A stretch of DNA of 64,000 nucleotides, taken from the NCBI GenBank assembly GCA_965228735.1, contig OZ245838.1, forward strand, positions 2,784,001-2,848,000. The letters run 5' to 3'. The position numbers and the translations under genes are program-made. Below are positions 61,784 through 64,000 of this stretch, piece after piece (the first letter of the stretch is position 1; every line of letters begins with the position of its first letter). The notes beneath the pieces are model-generated. The model searched no databases, had not been told where the DNA came from, and saw only the letters and a list, made by a program, of their open reading frames with translations. This DNA comes from Planctomycetota bacterium. GTDB taxonomy: Bacteria > Planctomycetota > UBA1135 > UBA2386.

Positions 61784-62944
61784 CTACCGCGTCACTGTTC
61801 GCTCCAACCCGTCCGCGCTGGCGAATCGGGCGCGGTCACCGTCGATCTCGATCTGCAGCATTCCGTCGCCGAGCAGGTCGCGCAGCTGAGGCAGTGGCTT
61901 TCCGAGATGGAACACGACGGCCAGTCGCAGCAGGCGGAGTGCGACGCCCGCGCGGCGGCAAGACTCTTCGATGTCCGCGGCATCCGGCAGCATGAAGCCG
62001 GTGTGGGCCGCGGCGCGCAGCTCGTCTTGCAGCGTGTCGAGTGCGCGGCGACGTTCCGTCCAGGTCGCGGTTGCGATCGGCGCGCGTCGGCGGCTGCGTT
62101 CGAGGAGTTCGAGCTGCTCGACGATCGCGCTGCGGGCGTAGGACCGCATCGAGAAGCCGTGCCGCCACGCGACCCAACGGCCGCCGAGCCCGAGCGCTGC
62201 TGGATCGAAGCGCTGATCGTCACCCGCGCAGGCGACGCGGTGCGCGATCTCACGCTCGAGGAAATCGTCGCCGATCGGATGCACGGTGATCAGATCCTGC
62301 AGCGCGCGGTCGAGCTTCTCGAGCCGCGAACGATCGAGCTCGGCGAGCATCGCGTCCGTGAACTCCTCGCAGAACCACAGCACACCCTGCTGCCCGATCA
62401 GGCGCTCGACGCCGATGCCGGCGGTCGCGGTGTCGAGCGCGGCGGTGATGCCGTCGAGCAGCAGCGCGGCGGCCGCAGCGCGGTCGGTGCGGGCGAGTTC
62501 CAGAGCCGTCAGCCGAACAGCGCCGAAGGCGCGGTGCAGCGCCAACACGTCGAGCACCGCGGACGACGCATCGACGCCCAGCCGCGGCCGCTGCGGGTCG
62601 ACGTCCTGGATCCTGCCCACGCCGGCCCGTATCGCTGCCACGATCGGTCCCAGCTCCTGGGTCTGAGGGGGCGCGAGCTGGGGCCCGGCCGCCATGGTGA
62701 CCCGGACACCGACGGCCTCGGGCAGCCGTGCCGCGAGCTCGGCGGCGCGGCGGTAGTCGTAGCGCGAGCAGCCCTCCTTCGGCCATTCCGCGACGACCGG
62801 CGCGCCGTCGGTGCGCCATTCGCGCTGCCGTTCCGCGAGCCAGTTCTCGACCGCGCCCCAGTCAGGCGCGTCGTCGCTCATGCTGGAGAGCGTCATGGCG
62901 ACGACGACCGCGCCGGCGATCGCGATGGGGACCCACTTGCTCAT
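61784..62944 (-). CDS. Hypothetical protein with N-terminal membrane anchor
   Basis: 386 aa ORF with a hydrophobic N-terminus. Confidence 0.7.
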   Translation of the reverse strand: MSKWVPIAIAGAVVVAMTLSSMSDDAPDWGAVENWLAERQREWRTDGAPVVAEWPKEGCSRYDYRRAAELAARLPEAVGVRVTMAAGPQLAPPQTQELGPIVAAIRAGVGRIQDVDPQRPRLGVDASSAVLDVLALHRAFGAVRLTALELARTDRAAAAALLLDGITAALDTATAGIGVERLIGQQGVLWFCEEFTDAMLAELDRSRLEKLDRALQDLITVHPIGDDFLEREIAHRVACAGDDQRFDPAALGLGGRWVAWRHGFSMRSYARSAIVEQLELLERSRRRAPIATATWTERRRALDTLQDELRAAAHTGFMLPDAADIEESCRRAGVALRLLRLAVVFHLGKPLPQLRDLLGDGMLQIEIDGDRARFASADGLERTVTR

Positions 62945-63003
62945 GGTGGGTCAGACCGGGTGCGGGCGCCGTTTCTTCCCGCGCGGCCAGAACGACGTCA
63001 ACA

Positions 63004-64000
63004 TCAGCGTCGATGCGACCGCCGGCGCGCGCGGTCGAGCGCGCCGAGCATGTCCGCGCCGCGATCATCGGCCTTCGCCTGTGGCTTCGCGCTCGGCGGC
63101 TCGATCGTCTTCGGCTCACGAATCCGTGCACGCTTCACTTCGGCCGGCGCCGCGGCGGGATCGACAACGGCTCGCTCCCGCTTCGTGATCGTTGGCAGGT
63201 AGATGCCGAAGCGACGCACGATGATCTCGACGAACAGCAGCACGAACGCCGCGATCGTGGCCCAGAGCGTGAAGTCGCGGCGGCCGAGGCTGTCGCGCGA
63301 ACCGCGCATCACGTCGTCGGCCGTCGGCTGCAGTCGGCCGCCGGTCACGTCCGCGAGGCGCCGCATGAGACGCTCGCCGGCGCGTGGATCGGTCGTCGGG
63401 CGGTACTCGGACGAGTACGGCAGCGCGACCGGCGGCACCCGCACGGTCGTGCCGGCGACCTGAACCGCGGCGCGGTAGACGCCTTCGTTCTGCAGCGGCA
63501 CGCGCGCGCGCAGCCGCGCCTCGCCGAGGCGCTCGAACACGAGCTCCTGCGTTCGGCCGCCCGGGGTCGTGAGCACGCCGCGCACCTCGTCGAGCTGCGG
63601 CGCGAGCTCGCGTTCGACCTCGAGATCGAAGAAGCCGACGTCGCCCTCCCGGCGCGACTCGACGTGGATGCCGGGCGTCTGCCCCCCCGTGAGCCAGCGC
63701 ACGAGCGTGCCGAAGAAGTGGCCGTACTCCTCCCACGTCGAGAGCCCGCCGGACAGGTCGCCGTCGGCCTCGCCGAGGAACGCGGCCGCACGGCCGAGCC
63801 CGACCTGCCAGTGGCTGAGCATCGCCGTGTCCTGATCGTCGAGCGTGACGAGGTCGAGTTCGGCGCGCGGCTTCAGCCACGCGAGCGAGTAACCGTCGAC
63901 GCGCGGGAACGCGGTCGGCATCTCGCCGATCGCCGCCAGCGCCGGGCGGACCTCGCAGTCCGTCGGTTCTTCGATCATCGACGAGCGCGCGACCTGGATC
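63004..64000 (-). CDS. C-terminal part of a large membrane protein (vWA/glutamine-amidotransferase-like family); start beyond the window
   Basis: WQVGLGRAAAF, LVRWL, YSSEY, LADVTGG and a C-terminal TM followed by RR. Confidence 0.7.
   Translation of the reverse strand, partial: IQVARSSMIEEPTDCEVRPALAAIGEMPTAFPRVDGYSLAWLKPRAELDLVTLDDQDTAMLSHWQVGLGRAAAFLGEADGDLSGGLSTWEEYGHFFGTLVRWLTGGQTPGIHVESRREGDVGFFDLEVERELAPQLDEVRGVLTTPGGRTQELVFERLGEARLRARVPLQNEGVYRAAVQVAGTTVRVPPVALPYSSEYRPTTDPRAGERLMRRLADVTGGRLQPTADDVMRGSRDSLGRRDFTLWATIAAFVLLFVEIIVRRFGIYLPTITKRERAVVDPAAAPAEVKRARIREPKTIEPPSAKPQAKADDRGADMLGALDRARRRSHRR

Overview
High-GC bacterial chromosomal window, probably Planctomycetota (inferred from the membrane-anchored ECF fusion and the secreted repeat proteins). 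The left part holds an LPS glycosyltransferase/kinase cluster, a selenocysteine (UGA) peroxiredoxin missed by the ORF track, sodB, mazG, apbE and a complete nqrABCDEF operon with an upstream nqrM-like gene. The middle holds a glycosylation cluster, an ABC exporter plus sulfotransferase and a transmembrane ECF sigma factor. Four unrelated secreted proteins across the window share a conserved C-terminal domain. An 8.4 kb island is integrated at the anticodon loop of tRNA-Sec and duplicates its 5' half. It carries a frameshifted tyrosine integrase, two IS256 elements, a PadR module, integrase remnants and an unexplained four-gene cassette: two paralogous FPRGGD beta-rich proteins, a 39-Cys protein with a Gly/Cys leader, and a membrane-anchored cytochrome c. 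That cassette and the shared C-terminal domain are the best candidates for undescribed systems. The right part holds an RND pump, FG-GAP and BNR/Vps10 proteins. All calls come from reading motifs by eye; no database searches were run.
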